A stretch of 64,000 bases of DNA, from positions 96,001 to 160,000 of the forward strand of contig OZ251997.1 in assembly GCA_965247095.1 (NCBI GenBank). The letters are read 5' to 3'. Numbering within the stretch: the stretch's first letter is position 1; each line of letters begins with the position of its first letter. The notes beneath the pieces were generated by a model that did no database searches, was not told the origin of the DNA, and saw nothing but the letters and a program-made list of their open reading frames with translations. Source of the stretch: Candidatus Multivorans sp. (GTDB lineage: Bacteria; Acidobacteriota; Thermoanaerobaculia; Multivoradales; Multivoraceae). The position numbers were made by a program, and so were the translations under genes. Positions 10,461 through 19,550 of this stretch are shown piece after piece.

Positions 10461-10595
10461 GCAACTTCGGCTGTACCGGTTCGCCGCACGGGCGGCGGTT
10501 CACTCTGAGGTAGCGGAAGTGTCCGAGCACTGGCGCCGGCCCTCGCTTTGAGAATCTCAAGGAGTGCTTGTGGGCTACCAGCCCAAACACCGCCC

Positions 10596-11285
10596 TTACC
10601 CAGATACCGGGTCCTCGAAGCCGTACCCCACGCGGGGTTCGTGAACTTCGCTGGGCGGCAGTGGTTCCGGGAGCTTGGTGGTACGCAGGATCCTCCTCAG
10701 GGAACTGCACAACGCGGCTCGCTCGCGGCCGATCAGGCCCAGTACCCATTCGGCGTCGTTCTGCCGAACGCGCATGCGGGCCCTGTAGGCGGCGTTGAAG
10801 ACTGCGTCTGCGAACTTCTGCCTGGGGAGGGCTTCCTGTATCTGTGGATGGCGCAGCAGATCGACGGTGCTTCCGGTGAGGAGTTCCTCGAACTGCGATG
10901 CGCATATCCGCAGGGCCTTGCGCTCGTCAATGAGGGCAAGGCCACCTCGTTCGAGAGCGGCGGCAATCGTGGCGGCCTCGCCATCATCCAGCGTCGAAGC
11001 TGCGGATCCGCTGACGAGTCCGGTGAAGTGGCTCTGGCCGGGGCTGCCAAGGGCTACTACTGTGACGAGGTGCTGGTCGACGAGACTGGAGACCAACTCA
11101 GCGTCACGGTGTTGGCGGCTTCGCTCGTCGCACAGCTCCCATACGACCTGCTCTGCAATGAGAACCTGGTTCGGTAGTGCGGCCAGGAGGTCCTCCGAGC
11201 ACCCGGTTGCGTTCAAGTTGATGACGACGCTGGTATCGGCGACGACCGGACCGGTGAAGCTATCGAGGAAGTGGCGTGGCGACAT
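10596..11285 (-). CDS. PIN-domain protein (putative ribonuclease toxin)
   Basis: VVADTSVVINL, LDDGEAATIA and LIDERKA give the PIN acidic residues; overlaps the upstream HTH-peptidase gene by 26 nt. Confidence 0.8.
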   Translation of the reverse strand: MSPRHFLDSFTGPVVADTSVVINLNATGCSEDLLAALPNQVLIAEQVVWELCDERSRQHRDAELVSSLVDQHLVTVVALGSPGQSHFTGLVSGSAASTLDDGEAATIAAALERGGLALIDERKALRICASQFEELLTGSTVDLLRHPQIQEALPRQKFADAVFNAAYRARMRVRQNDAEWVLGLIGRERAALCSSLRRILRTTKLPEPLPPSEVHEPRVGYGFEDPVSG

Positions 11286-12513
11286 TCGGTTCGCCCTCCA
11301 CGGCTTCTTCGTCCAGCACCTGACGGAGCGCTACCCGGTCGAGGCCTAGGAGGCGTGCTAGTTGTCCCTCGCTGAGAAGTTCCTGCCGATGTGCCTCTGC
11401 GGCAAGGGCGGCGATACGAGGGGGCATGCAGCGCTCTGAGTGAGCCGTGTCCGTTTCAACAGGTGCTCGACCGCCAAGAACTGCTGCCGCCTGCTTGTCG
11501 GTGATGCCACCGTTGGCCTGGAACCAGTCCCATGCGCCAGGCGGAACGAGCTTCAACTCCTCGATGCGACGGACCATCGCCTCGCGCGACACGCCGAAGG
11601 TGTGACTCAACAAGATGACGTGGCGGCGAGTCAGGGCGGCAAACCCTGACGTGTACTCGCGGAACTTCTCGATGACGGTTCTGGGCGGCATCAGGAACGT
11701 GCGGGCGAATGCGTCGGCATAGAACTCAGCTCGCGACTTGGGCCGGTCGTCGCGGTAGTGGATGCTCGTCGCGTGGCGAACAGAGACCAGATGGGCCAGT
11801 TCGTGGACCGCGGTGAGGGCGCGTCTGGTCGACGGGTGGTTCGCGTTCAACAGTACGCACGCGCCGACTTCGGTGTCGTAGGCGAAGAGGCCGGAGACTC
11901 GAGAGGGAAGCGGACGCACATAGACGCGCACTCCGAACTCAAGTTCAAGGAGGTTCTCGATATCGCGAACGGGCGCAAGCCCCAAGCCAATACGCTGGCG
12001 CAGTTCCAGCGCATCGCTCTCAGCTTGGACCTGGACGTCACCGGGGAGGAGATGTCGCTCAGCGGGGTAGTTGCAAGGCCTTCGGATGCCGAGGAGGTTC
12101 TCGAGTTCGACCTCTGCTCGGACGAGGCCCACCAGAACTCGGGCGGCCTCGGCAGCTTCCGGCTCGACGTACCGACCGTCCTTCCGGAATCGCGGCGCAA
12201 GGTCGACGAAGACGGACTCGGTCCGCAAGAGCTCGTTCGCGGACGTGCCGTAAGCCACTGCGAGCCGCTGAAGCTCAGCCGCTTGCCAGCGTCGCTGTCC
12301 CTGCTCGATGGCCAGAAGCGTCGTGCGAGCGACTCCTATAGCGGACGCTGCTTCCGCTTGCGTCATGCCCGCTGCCTGGCGTGCGTTCTTTAGGCGTCGA
12401 CCTACCTCCGCGGGATCGAGAGCCGGCGCTTGCCTAGCGAAACCGGGTGGCCCAGCGCGTAACGAAGGAGCCTGGGCCGAGGGAGTCGAGGAAGGCGTTC
12501 CACTCTTGTTCAT
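11260..12513 (-). CDS. XRE HTH fused to ImmA/IrrE (DUF955) Zn-metallopeptidase
   Basis: RLKNARQAAGMTQAEAASAIGVARTTLLAIEQG HTH; HELAH (HExxH); EFYADAFARTFLMP; FGVSREAMVRR. Confidence 0.9.
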   Translation of the reverse strand: MNKSGTPSSTPSAQAPSLRAGPPGFARQAPALDPAEVGRRLKNARQAAGMTQAEAASAIGVARTTLLAIEQGQRRWQAAELQRLAVAYGTSANELLRTESVFVDLAPRFRKDGRYVEPEAAEAARVLVGLVRAEVELENLLGIRRPCNYPAERHLLPGDVQVQAESDALELRQRIGLGLAPVRDIENLLELEFGVRVYVRPLPSRVSGLFAYDTEVGACVLLNANHPSTRRALTAVHELAHLVSVRHATSIHYRDDRPKSRAEFYADAFARTFLMPPRTVIEKFREYTSGFAALTRRHVILLSHTFGVSREAMVRRIEELKLVPPGAWDWFQANGGITDKQAAAVLGGRAPVETDTAHSERCMPPRIAALAAEAHRQELLSEGQLARLLGLDRVALRQVLDEEAVEGEPNVATPLPR

Positions 12514-12520
12514 GTCAGGT

Positions 12521-12550
12521 ATAGTGACCAGAAGGCTTGACAAAGTCAAG
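12521..12550 (-). promoter_or_regulatory. Sigma70-like promoter overlapped by a palindromic operator
   Basis: Minus strand reads TTGACT-17 nt-CACTAT-7 nt-ATG; inverted repeat CTTGAC-aaa-GTCAAG (12536-12550) covers the -35 box. Confidence 0.65.
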
Positions 12551-12596
12551 GCTGCCGTCGTTCGCAGTAGCACACAGTCCTTCTCGGCCGCGAGCG

Positions 12597-13190
12597 CTAC
12601 CGCGCCGGGCGGCCGTCCAGCTCCAGCTCCGCGGCGATTGCCTGCATGGCCGCCAGCACGTTGCCGGCGTGCTGCCAGAGGTCGAGTTCGCCGCCGAAGC
12701 ACTCGCGGCTGAAGGCGGCGGTGACTTCTTCCACATGCTCGCGGTCGACGCCGGCGGCGAAGGCCCGCTGCTTCCAGCGCTTGCGGACGGACTTGAGCGG
12801 CACGTCGCGCACGTCCTTGCTGGGACGGATCAGGGCGGCGGCGCTGATCAGGCCGGTGATCTCGTCGCAGGCGAGGAGCGCGTAGTCGCGGGGGCTCTCA
12901 CGCTCGACGCCGGTGCCCTCGGTGTTGTGGGAGAGGATCGTCCGGATGAGGCCCTCGTCCAAGCCGCGCACGCGGAGAATCGTGGCGCCGTCCGCCGGAT
13001 GCTGCTCCAGGGTGGGGTGGATCTCCCAGTCGAAGTCGTGGAGCAGGCCGGCGAGACCCCAGGAGTCCGGGTCGCCGCCGAGCTGTTCGGCATACCAGCG
13101 CATCGCCGCCTCCACGGCGAGCATGTGTTTGCGCAGGCCCGGGGCCGCCACGAACTCCTGCACCGTCTGCCAAGCTGCTTCTCGGTCCAT
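12597..13190 (-). CDS. HDIG/HD-domain metal-dependent phosphohydrolase
   Basis: LRKHMLAVEAAM, GLLHDFD, ILSH, ACDEITG and FAAGVDR motifs; start at MDREAAW. Confidence 0.88.
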   Translation of the reverse strand: MDREAAWQTVQEFVAAPGLRKHMLAVEAAMRWYAEQLGGDPDSWGLAGLLHDFDWEIHPTLEQHPADGATILRVRGLDEGLIRTILSHNTEGTGVERESPRDYALLACDEITGLISAAALIRPSKDVRDVPLKSVRKRWKQRAFAAGVDREHVEEVTAAFSRECFGGELDLWQHAGNVLAAMQAIAAELELDGRPAR

Positions 13191-13260
13191 ATGCGTCGAT
13201 CTCCCGTTTTCTGCGTGGCGGGGGATTCTACGCCCTCGACAGGTGCGCCCGCAGTCTGGT

Positions 13261-13403
13261 CCGTAGCTACAATCGCAGCGCGATGACGACCGGCGGACCC
13301 TACGCGCGCAGGCAAGAGACGCTGGGCGGCCTAGGCCGCCCGTAAAGCGCACCGTGGCTACAATCGCAGCGCGATGACGACCGGCGGACCCTACGCGCGC
13401 AGG
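13261..13403 (+). repeat. 52-bp direct repeat (2 copies, 1 mismatch, period 91) flanking an 18-bp perfect palindrome
   Basis: CCGT(A/G)GCTACAATCGCAGCGCGATGACGACCGGCGGACCCTACGCGCGCAGG at 13261-13312 and 13352-13403; GGGCGGCCTAGGCCGCCC at 13324-13341. Confidence 0.92.
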
Positions 13404-14171
13404 ATGAGCTTCGGCGGCCTTTCGGGGCCGCACGCGCGCGACCTGCTGTTGCTCGTTGGGGTGCTCTTCGTCACCTTCTCGATGCAGTTCCTGCCGGGGC
13501 TCGCCTTCGTGCCGGAGTTGATGCGCCTGTCGAGTTCGATATGGCAGCAGGGGATGATCTGGCAGCTCGTGACCTACCCGGCGGCGGGCTGGGGCGGGCC
13601 GTCGATCTGGTTCCTGCTGGAACTGCTGATCTTCTACATGTTCGCCGGCGACCTGCGCTGGGCCCTGGGCCGGCAGCGCTTCTGGAGTCTGCTGTGGATG
13701 TCGGCGGGCGCCGCCGCGCTGGTGGCGTGCCTGGTGCAGGTGCTGCTCCAGTCCGCGGGGAGCACGGGGACGACGGCATTCGTCCTGATGCAGGGCCAGC
13801 GGATGCTGATGGCGATCGTCATCGCCGCCTTCGCGCTGATCAGGCGCGACGCTACGATCATGCTGTTCTTCGTCCTGCCGATTCGCGCCAAGTGGTTCAT
13901 CTGGATCGAGATCGCGTTCGCCTGGGTGGGCTTCCTGGCGACCAGCGATCTGGCCGGCTTCCTCGGCATCTGCACCGCGGTCGGCGCCGTGTTCGTGCTG
14001 CTGCGGCCCGGACGGACACGCGGCCTGATGCGCGAGATGCGGCTACGGTACGAGCGCTGGTACGTCAAGCAGAAGCTGAACCGCGGCCGCCGTCGCTTCC
14101 GGGTGGTTCCGGGCGGCAAGAAGCCGAAGCAAGACGACGACCGCGTACGCCGCGGCCCCTGGGTCAACTAG
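13374..14171 (+). CDS. Rhomboid-like membrane protein, no obvious catalytic GxSG
   Basis: IWQLVTY, LFFVLPIRAKW; about 6 TM helices; basic C-terminal tail ending WVN. Confidence 0.65.
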   Translation: MTTGGPYARRMSFGGLSGPHARDLLLLVGVLFVTFSMQFLPGLAFVPELMRLSSSIWQQGMIWQLVTYPAAGWGGPSIWFLLELLIFYMFAGDLRWALGRQRFWSLLWMSAGAAALVACLVQVLLQSAGSTGTTAFVLMQGQRMLMAIVIAAFALIRRDATIMLFFVLPIRAKWFIWIEIAFAWVGFLATSDLAGFLGICTAVGAVFVLLRPGRTRGLMREMRLRYERWYVKQKLNRGRRRFRVVPGGKKPKQDDDRVRRGPWVN

Positions 14172-16224
14172 CGCGCGACCGGCCCATCAGGCGGAAGGCG
14201 AGGAGGATCGCCAGGGCGGCGAGGACGTAGTGCCACCAGGTCGGTTGGTCCGGTAGGCCGATCTGCTCGGCGCGGGCGCTGCCGAGGGCGAGAGAGTTGT
14301 GCAGAGCGTGCCAGGCCATGGCGGGGTAGATCGAGCCGGACCGGATGACGGCGATCACCAGCAGGACGCCGAGCAGGGACGTGGGCGGAATGCGGAACAG
14401 GTCGACGTGGAAGAAGCCGAACACGATGCCGGCGACGAGCACCAGTTGGACCGGAGAGAACTGTTTCCTGAGGCCGTGGAGCAGGACGCCGCGGAATGCG
14501 ATTTCCTCGAAGATGCCGGGGAGGATGGCGAAGAAGATGAGCATCTGCCAGACCGGGATGTCGGTTCCCAGGGTCTCCGCCATCGCTTCGATCCATGCCT
14601 CGGGGATCGGCATCGCCAGACTGGCGAGGCGGACGACGCCGTCCGCCAGCACGAGACCCGCCGGCGCGCCGATCAGAACGCCGAGCCAGGCAGCCGGAGG
14701 CGGCGCCCGCAGCGACAGGGTCTCCCGCACGGGGAGCCGGTAGCGGGCGATCATCAGCCACGCCGCGGCGCCGAAGATGGCCATGTTGATCACGATCAGC
14801 AGGCGGCCGTCGATGCTGCTGCCGATGTTCAGTTGCCAGACCAGCAGCAGGGCCCAGAGGACGGCGAACCAGCGCCCGACACGGCGCGGGAAGAGCGCGG
14901 GCCCGCCCGTCAGGTCGGCGGCGTCGATGTCACTGGCGGTGATCAGCTTCTCGGCTGAGAGCGTTCGCACCGAAGCGCGGGCGAGAACAGCCGCCGCGGC
15001 GGCTGTCACCGCCCAGGCGGCCGCGATCAGCGGCCAGTCGTAGTGGCCCGTCAGGATCTCCCTGGCGGCGACGCCGAGGTTGGCGATCGGCACGAGGACG
15101 ATCGCGCTGCGCAGCGCGACACCGGGCAGCACGGGAATGGCGGCAATGGCCAGGGACACGAGCATCACCGGCGCGAACAGCAACTGCGCTTCCTTGTACG
15201 TCTTCGACCGGCCCGAGACGAGCAGCAGGCTGCTGGACAGGAGCACCGCGGCCGGCGCGTACAGGAAGAGAAGCAGCAACGCCGCGCCGACCGGAATGAC
15301 CAGCTTCAGGCCCGCCGGTGCGGCGATCACGTCGAGCTGCATCCACAGGACGATGTTCGCGATGTTGAGGACGCTGGTGGCGAAGGCGACGGCCAGGATC
15401 GAGAGGTTCTTGGCGGTCACGATCTCGATCCGGCTGGCCGCCGTGGTCAGCAGGGTCTCCAGCGTGCCGCGTTCCTTCTCGCCGGCCAGTGTGTCCGTGG
15501 CCACGATCGAGCCGCCGGTGAGCATCATCATCACGATGATCGCGGTCAGGATGCGTCCGAGGAGGAGTCCGGAGGTCTGGTCCTCGCTGGCGGTCTCGAT
15601 CCGCTCGAGGGGCAGCAGGTCGCCGGGCGGCGCTTCGAAGCCGGCGGCTGCGAGACGCTGCTCGCGGACCTCGACTCTCGTGCGTTGCAGGGCCCGCCGG
15701 AGCCAGGCCTCGGCGGTGTCCGAGGCGTCGATGTCCGCGCGGTAGGAGAGGACCACGCGTGGTGCGCCGTCCCCGGCGTCTTCGACCGTCTCCCGGTCCA
15801 CGTCCTCGTTGGCGTCGTCGTCGGCGGTTCCGGACTTCCAGGCGACGTGGACGTGGAGTTCTTCCTCATCGAGGGCGGCCGCGAAGTCGGCAGGTGCTTC
15901 GACGCGCTCGAAACGCACCGCGGGACCGTCCGATGCGTCCGCGTCCTCGGCCGGATCCTCGTCGCCGACGACGGCGAGGGCCCGTTCGAGCCACATCGCC
16001 GCGTCGGGCGCGTGTTCGGTGTCCGACGGGTCGTCCGCTACGGCATAGAAGTAGGTGCGGCTCTCGAGCCGTTCCTGGCGCCGCTCCGTGGTCAGCGAGG
16101 TCAGGAACCACATCAGTGGCCAGATGACCAGCGGCAGCGCAACCGCGAACACCAGCACCCGGGGGTTGCGGGCGAGTTGGCGCAGGTCGTTGACAACCAG
16201 CGCGCTGACGGTCCGGCGGTTCAT
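14164..16224 (-). CDS. NatB-like ABC-2 permease fused to a CPBP (CAAX/Abi) intramembrane metalloprotease
   Basis: AGEKERGTLETLL and SKTYKEAQ (NatB-like); EEIAFRG, FGFFH and HALHN (CPBP motifs). Confidence 0.85.
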   Translation of the reverse strand: MNRRTVSALVVNDLRQLARNPRVLVFAVALPLVIWPLMWFLTSLTTERRQERLESRTYFYAVADDPSDTEHAPDAAMWLERALAVVGDEDPAEDADASDGPAVRFERVEAPADFAAALDEEELHVHVAWKSGTADDDANEDVDRETVEDAGDGAPRVVLSYRADIDASDTAEAWLRRALQRTRVEVREQRLAAAGFEAPPGDLLPLERIETASEDQTSGLLLGRILTAIIVMMMLTGGSIVATDTLAGEKERGTLETLLTTAASRIEIVTAKNLSILAVAFATSVLNIANIVLWMQLDVIAAPAGLKLVIPVGAALLLLFLYAPAAVLLSSSLLLVSGRSKTYKEAQLLFAPVMLVSLAIAAIPVLPGVALRSAIVLVPIANLGVAAREILTGHYDWPLIAAAWAVTAAAAAVLARASVRTLSAEKLITASDIDAADLTGGPALFPRRVGRWFAVLWALLLVWQLNIGSSIDGRLLIVINMAIFGAAAWLMIARYRLPVRETLSLRAPPPAAWLGVLIGAPAGLVLADGVVRLASLAMPIPEAWIEAMAETLGTDIPVWQMLIFFAILPGIFEEIAFRGVLLHGLRKQFSPVQLVLVAGIVFGFFHVDLFRIPPTSLLGVLLVIAVIRSGSIYPAMAWHALHNSLALGSARAEQIGLPDQPTWWHYVLAALAILLAFRLMGRSRAS

Positions 16225-16236
16225 GCGGCGTCCCGC

Positions 16237-16992
16237 CTAGGCGGCGTCGTTGGCGGTGACGTAGTGGACGAAGATGTCTTCGAGGTAGTGCTGGGACGTC
16301 GCGGCCCGCAACCCCTCGAGATCGTCGCAGGCGCGGATCCGCCCTTTGTCGATGATTGCGATCCGGTCGCAAAGGCGTTCGGCCTCGCTCATGATGTGGG
16401 TCGAGAACAGGATCGCCTTTCCGTCCTCTCGCAGTTCCTGGATCGCCTTCTGCAGGTCGAGCGCGTTGAGCACGTCGAGGCCGACGGTCGGTTCGTCGAA
16501 GATGAGCACCGGCGGATCGTGGACGACCGTGCGTGCGATCGACACCTTCTGCTTCATGCCGGTCGAGAGCTTCTCGATCCGCGCTCCGGCGTAGTCGCCG
16601 AGGCCGAACCGTTCGATCATCTCCTCGACCCGGCTCTTCGTGCGCTCGGCCGGGTACTTGTTGACGCGCGCGAACAGGGTCAGGGTCTCGCGGGCCGTGA
16701 GCCGCGGGTAGAGCGCTGTGCTCGCCGAGTAGAAGCCGAGGTTGCGGCGCACCTCCACCGGGTCGCTCACGACATCGTGCCCGAGCACACGGGCGGTGCC
16801 GGACGTCGGCTGGAGCACGGTGGAGATCATCCGCAGCGTGGTCGTCTTGCCGGCCCCGTTGGCGCCGAGGAGCCCGAAGATCTCACCGCTGCGGCACTCG
16901 AAGTCCACCTGCTGGACGGCGTTGATCTCGCCCCGCGATGGATCGAAGAAGTTCTTGGAGAGGCCCTGGACGTCGACCTGGACTGTGCTCAC
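16237..16992 (-). CDS. natA: NatA-like ABC transporter ATP-binding protein
   Basis: GANGAGKTT Walker A; LSTGMKQK signature; IFDEPT Walker B; STH. Confidence 0.85.
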   Translation of the reverse strand: MSTVQVDVQGLSKNFFDPSRGEINAVQQVDFECRSGEIFGLLGANGAGKTTTLRMISTVLQPTSGTARVLGHDVVSDPVEVRRNLGFYSASTALYPRLTARETLTLFARVNKYPAERTKSRVEEMIERFGLGDYAGARIEKLSTGMKQKVSIARTVVHDPPVLIFDEPTVGLDVLNALDLQKAIQELREDGKAILFSTHIMSEAERLCDRIAIIDKGRIRACDDLEGLRAATSQHYLEDIFVHYVTANDAA

Positions 16993-18287
16993 GGCTTACC
17001 TCCCGCCGGCCGGAGCTGCCGGCGCAGGAACTGGAACAGATTGCCTTCGAACGAGCCGGTGGCGACCTCCTCGACCCGCAGGACGCGCGAGGCGAGCCAC
17101 AGGCAGGCGACGATCGCGGCGGCGTTCGACACCACCGTGATCCCGAGCTGCAACCAGAGCAGGTTGCCGGCGATCGCCTGGCGCAGGAGCAGCACGACGT
17201 TGACGACCGGGATGCTCGCGAGCGCCGGCGTGAACACCATGCTCGGGTCGTTCAGCACCAGGACCGGGAAGATGACGAGCAGGTAGAGCGGTGTGACCAT
17301 GGACTGGCCTTCCTTGAAGGTGCGGGCGAAGGCCGCGAGGATCATCATGCCGGCGCCGATCAGGGCGCCCAGCAACACGGCGGTGAGGAACAGGACCGGG
17401 AGCGACCTCAGGGGCAGTTCGAAGGCGAAGCCGCTTCCGTCTCCGCCGCCGATGCGGGCCAGCAGCGGCCCAAGGAAGGAGCGGAAGGATACGACCATGG
17501 CGGCCGCGTTCAGCGCGCCGGCGACGGTGCCCATGGTGGCGACGTAGAGGTACTTCGCGGTGACGATGTTGATGCGCCGGGTGGCGAGCGTGCTCGTGGT
17601 CTCCCATGTGTTCCGCTCGCGTTCGCCGGCCGTGGAGTCGATGGCCGGGTAGAGGCAGCCGTTCGCGATCATGATGACGAAGAACAGCGGGATCATCATC
17701 CCCATCACGAACTGGCCCATCTGGCGTCCGGTGGCGAGGTTGTTCGAGCGCACATCGAAGACCTTCCACTCGGCGCCGTCCAGATCGTGCTGTTCGGCGA
17801 TCCGGTCGAGCCAGGCCGAGCGCTCGGCCGAGAGGGCGCGTTCCAGGCGGCCGCGCGCGGTTTGGGACTGGTCGCTCGAGCCGTTGCTCAGAAGCGAGAC
17901 CGCGGCGTTGCCCGGGAGAGCGTCCGCAGTGGCCTCGAAGATCAGGGCGGCGTCGAGTTCGCCGGCGAGCAGGCGGTCCTCGACTTCCTCACGGTACGCG
18001 GCCGCGGCGCCGGCCGGCGCTGCTTCGACCTCCGTGATCTCCGTCCGCCCGTCGTCTTCAAGGCGCTCGAGCAGGCCCTGGTGTTCGGCGGGCAGGCCCG
18101 CGATCTCGACCCGCGAAGCGAAGCTCTCGAAGCGCGCCGTGACGAACAGGATTCCCGAGAACATGACCCACATCATCAGCGGGTACATCAACAGCGGGAT
18201 CAGGATCCCGTTGATCAGGACCGACCGCTCACGCAGGGCCGACCTGAGTTCACTCAGGTACAGGAGGCGGATGGTGGTCCAGTCCAT
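16989..18287 (-). CDS. NatB-like ABC-2 permease
   Basis: DSTAGERERNTWET and ARTFKEGQ motifs; TM pattern; 4-nt overlap with natA. Confidence 0.82.
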   Translation of the reverse strand: MDWTTIRLLYLSELRSALRERSVLINGILIPLLMYPLMMWVMFSGILFVTARFESFASRVEIAGLPAEHQGLLERLEDDGRTEITEVEAAPAGAAAAYREEVEDRLLAGELDAALIFEATADALPGNAAVSLLSNGSSDQSQTARGRLERALSAERSAWLDRIAEQHDLDGAEWKVFDVRSNNLATGRQMGQFVMGMMIPLFFVIMIANGCLYPAIDSTAGERERNTWETTSTLATRRINIVTAKYLYVATMGTVAGALNAAAMVVSFRSFLGPLLARIGGGDGSGFAFELPLRSLPVLFLTAVLLGALIGAGMMILAAFARTFKEGQSMVTPLYLLVIFPVLVLNDPSMVFTPALASIPVVNVVLLLRQAIAGNLLWLQLGITVVSNAAAIVACLWLASRVLRVEEVATGSFEGNLFQFLRRQLRPAGGKP

Positions 18288-18325
18288 TCGGGTGGGAGCG
18301 GGGGCGGGCGGGAGTATAGAGGGGT

Positions 18326-19396
18326 TCAGGCCCGCTGTGCGACCTCCCAGGCCAGCCCGGCGGTGCGCGGCACGGATTCACCGACCTCCTTGGCGTGGGA
18401 GCTCGCGGCGGTGCCGTCGCGTACCCGGCCGGCGATGCCCTGGGCGATGCCAGCGCTCCGGAACAGGTTGTAGGCGAGGTAGAAGTTCCAGTGCGGAATG
18501 CCGTCGCGGCCGGTGCGCCGGCAGTACGCGTCGCGGTACTGCTCGAGGGACGGCAGGCCGAGCGCCGCCAGATCGCGGCCCTTGAGGCCGCCCTTCTCCT
18601 TCGGGATCTCCCACTGCATCGTGTGGTAGCTGAAGTCGGCCAGCGGGTGGCCGAGGGTGCCCAGCTCCCAGTCGAGGATCGCGATGACCTCGGCCCGCTC
18701 GGGGTGCAGGATCATGTTGTCGAGCCGGAAGTCGCCGTGGACGATCGTCGTCTCGTCGTCCTCCGGGATGTTCGCCGGCAACCACTCGATCAGCGCGTTC
18801 ATCGCCGGGATGTCCTGGGTTTGCGAGGCGAGGTACTGCTTCGTCCAGCGGTGGATCTGGCGCGCGAAGTAGTTCCCCGGCTTGCCGTAGGTCGAAAGCC
18901 CCACCGCCTCGTAGTCGACCGCGTGGAGCCGGGCGAGCGTCCGGTTCATCGCGTCGTAGATCGCGAACCGCTCCTTCGGTTCCATCCCGGGAAGTAGCGC
19001 CTCCCACAGCACGCGGCCGCGGACGTGCTCCATGACGAAGAACATGGTGCCGACGATCGACTCGTCGGTGCACAGGCAGTAGGTCCGCGGCACCGGCACG
19101 TTCGTGCCGCCGAGCGCCGTCATCACCCGGTGTTCGCGGTCCACCGCGTGCGCCGAAGGCAGCAGCTTGCCCGGCGGCTTGCGGCGGAGCACATAGCTCT
19201 TGCCGCTCGCCTCGAGCAGGTAGGTGGGGCAGGACTGCCCGCCCCTGAACTGCCGCACCTGGAGTTCGCCCGAGAACCCCTCGACGTGCTGTTCGAGGTA
19301 GCGCTGCAGCGGCCGGATGTCGAAGCGCAGCCGCTCCGCCACCTCCTTGGTGCCGGAGAACTTCTCCTGGCGGCCCTGGTTGTCGCTGTCCGGCAT
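18326..19396 (-). CDS. Aminoglycoside-phosphotransferase-fold kinase (ACAD10/11 N-domain-like)
   Basis: GGQSCPTY, LRRKPPG, SAHAVDRE, HGDFRLDN and LDWELGTLGHP motifs. Confidence 0.9.
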   Translation of the reverse strand: MPDSDNQGRQEKFSGTKEVAERLRFDIRPLQRYLEQHVEGFSGELQVRQFRGGQSCPTYLLEASGKSYVLRRKPPGKLLPSAHAVDREHRVMTALGGTNVPVPRTYCLCTDESIVGTMFFVMEHVRGRVLWEALLPGMEPKERFAIYDAMNRTLARLHAVDYEAVGLSTYGKPGNYFARQIHRWTKQYLASQTQDIPAMNALIEWLPANIPEDDETTIVHGDFRLDNMILHPERAEVIAILDWELGTLGHPLADFSYHTMQWEIPKEKGGLKGRDLAALGLPSLEQYRDAYCRRTGRDGIPHWNFYLAYNLFRSAGIAQGIAGRVRDGTAASSHAKEVGESVPRTAGLAWEVAQRA

Positions 19397-19550
19397 GGCG
19401 GTCGCCGATACTAGCCCGGTCCGGGTGTACTCTTGCTGCGGGCTCCGTCGGCGCGCGGGCGGGCACGCGCGGCGAGTCGATGGTCCGGAAGAAACAGCTC
19501 ACCGGGAGGCGTTGAACCTGGAAGAATCCGAACGACAGGGAGGGCGCCTT

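Noticed and set aside
10510-10590. tRNA or tRNA-Sec as an island attachment site
   Set aside because: No GTTCRA T-loop, no acceptor stem pairing and no CCA end
8925-12590. Prophage or IS-borne island
   Set aside because: No integrase, transposase, terminal inverted repeats or flanking direct repeats detected by eye
13261-13403. Minimal CRISPR array (repeat-spacer-repeat)
   Set aside because: Only two copies; the 52-bp repeat is a promoter plus coding start; the palindrome is in the spacer rather than the repeat; no cas genes in the window
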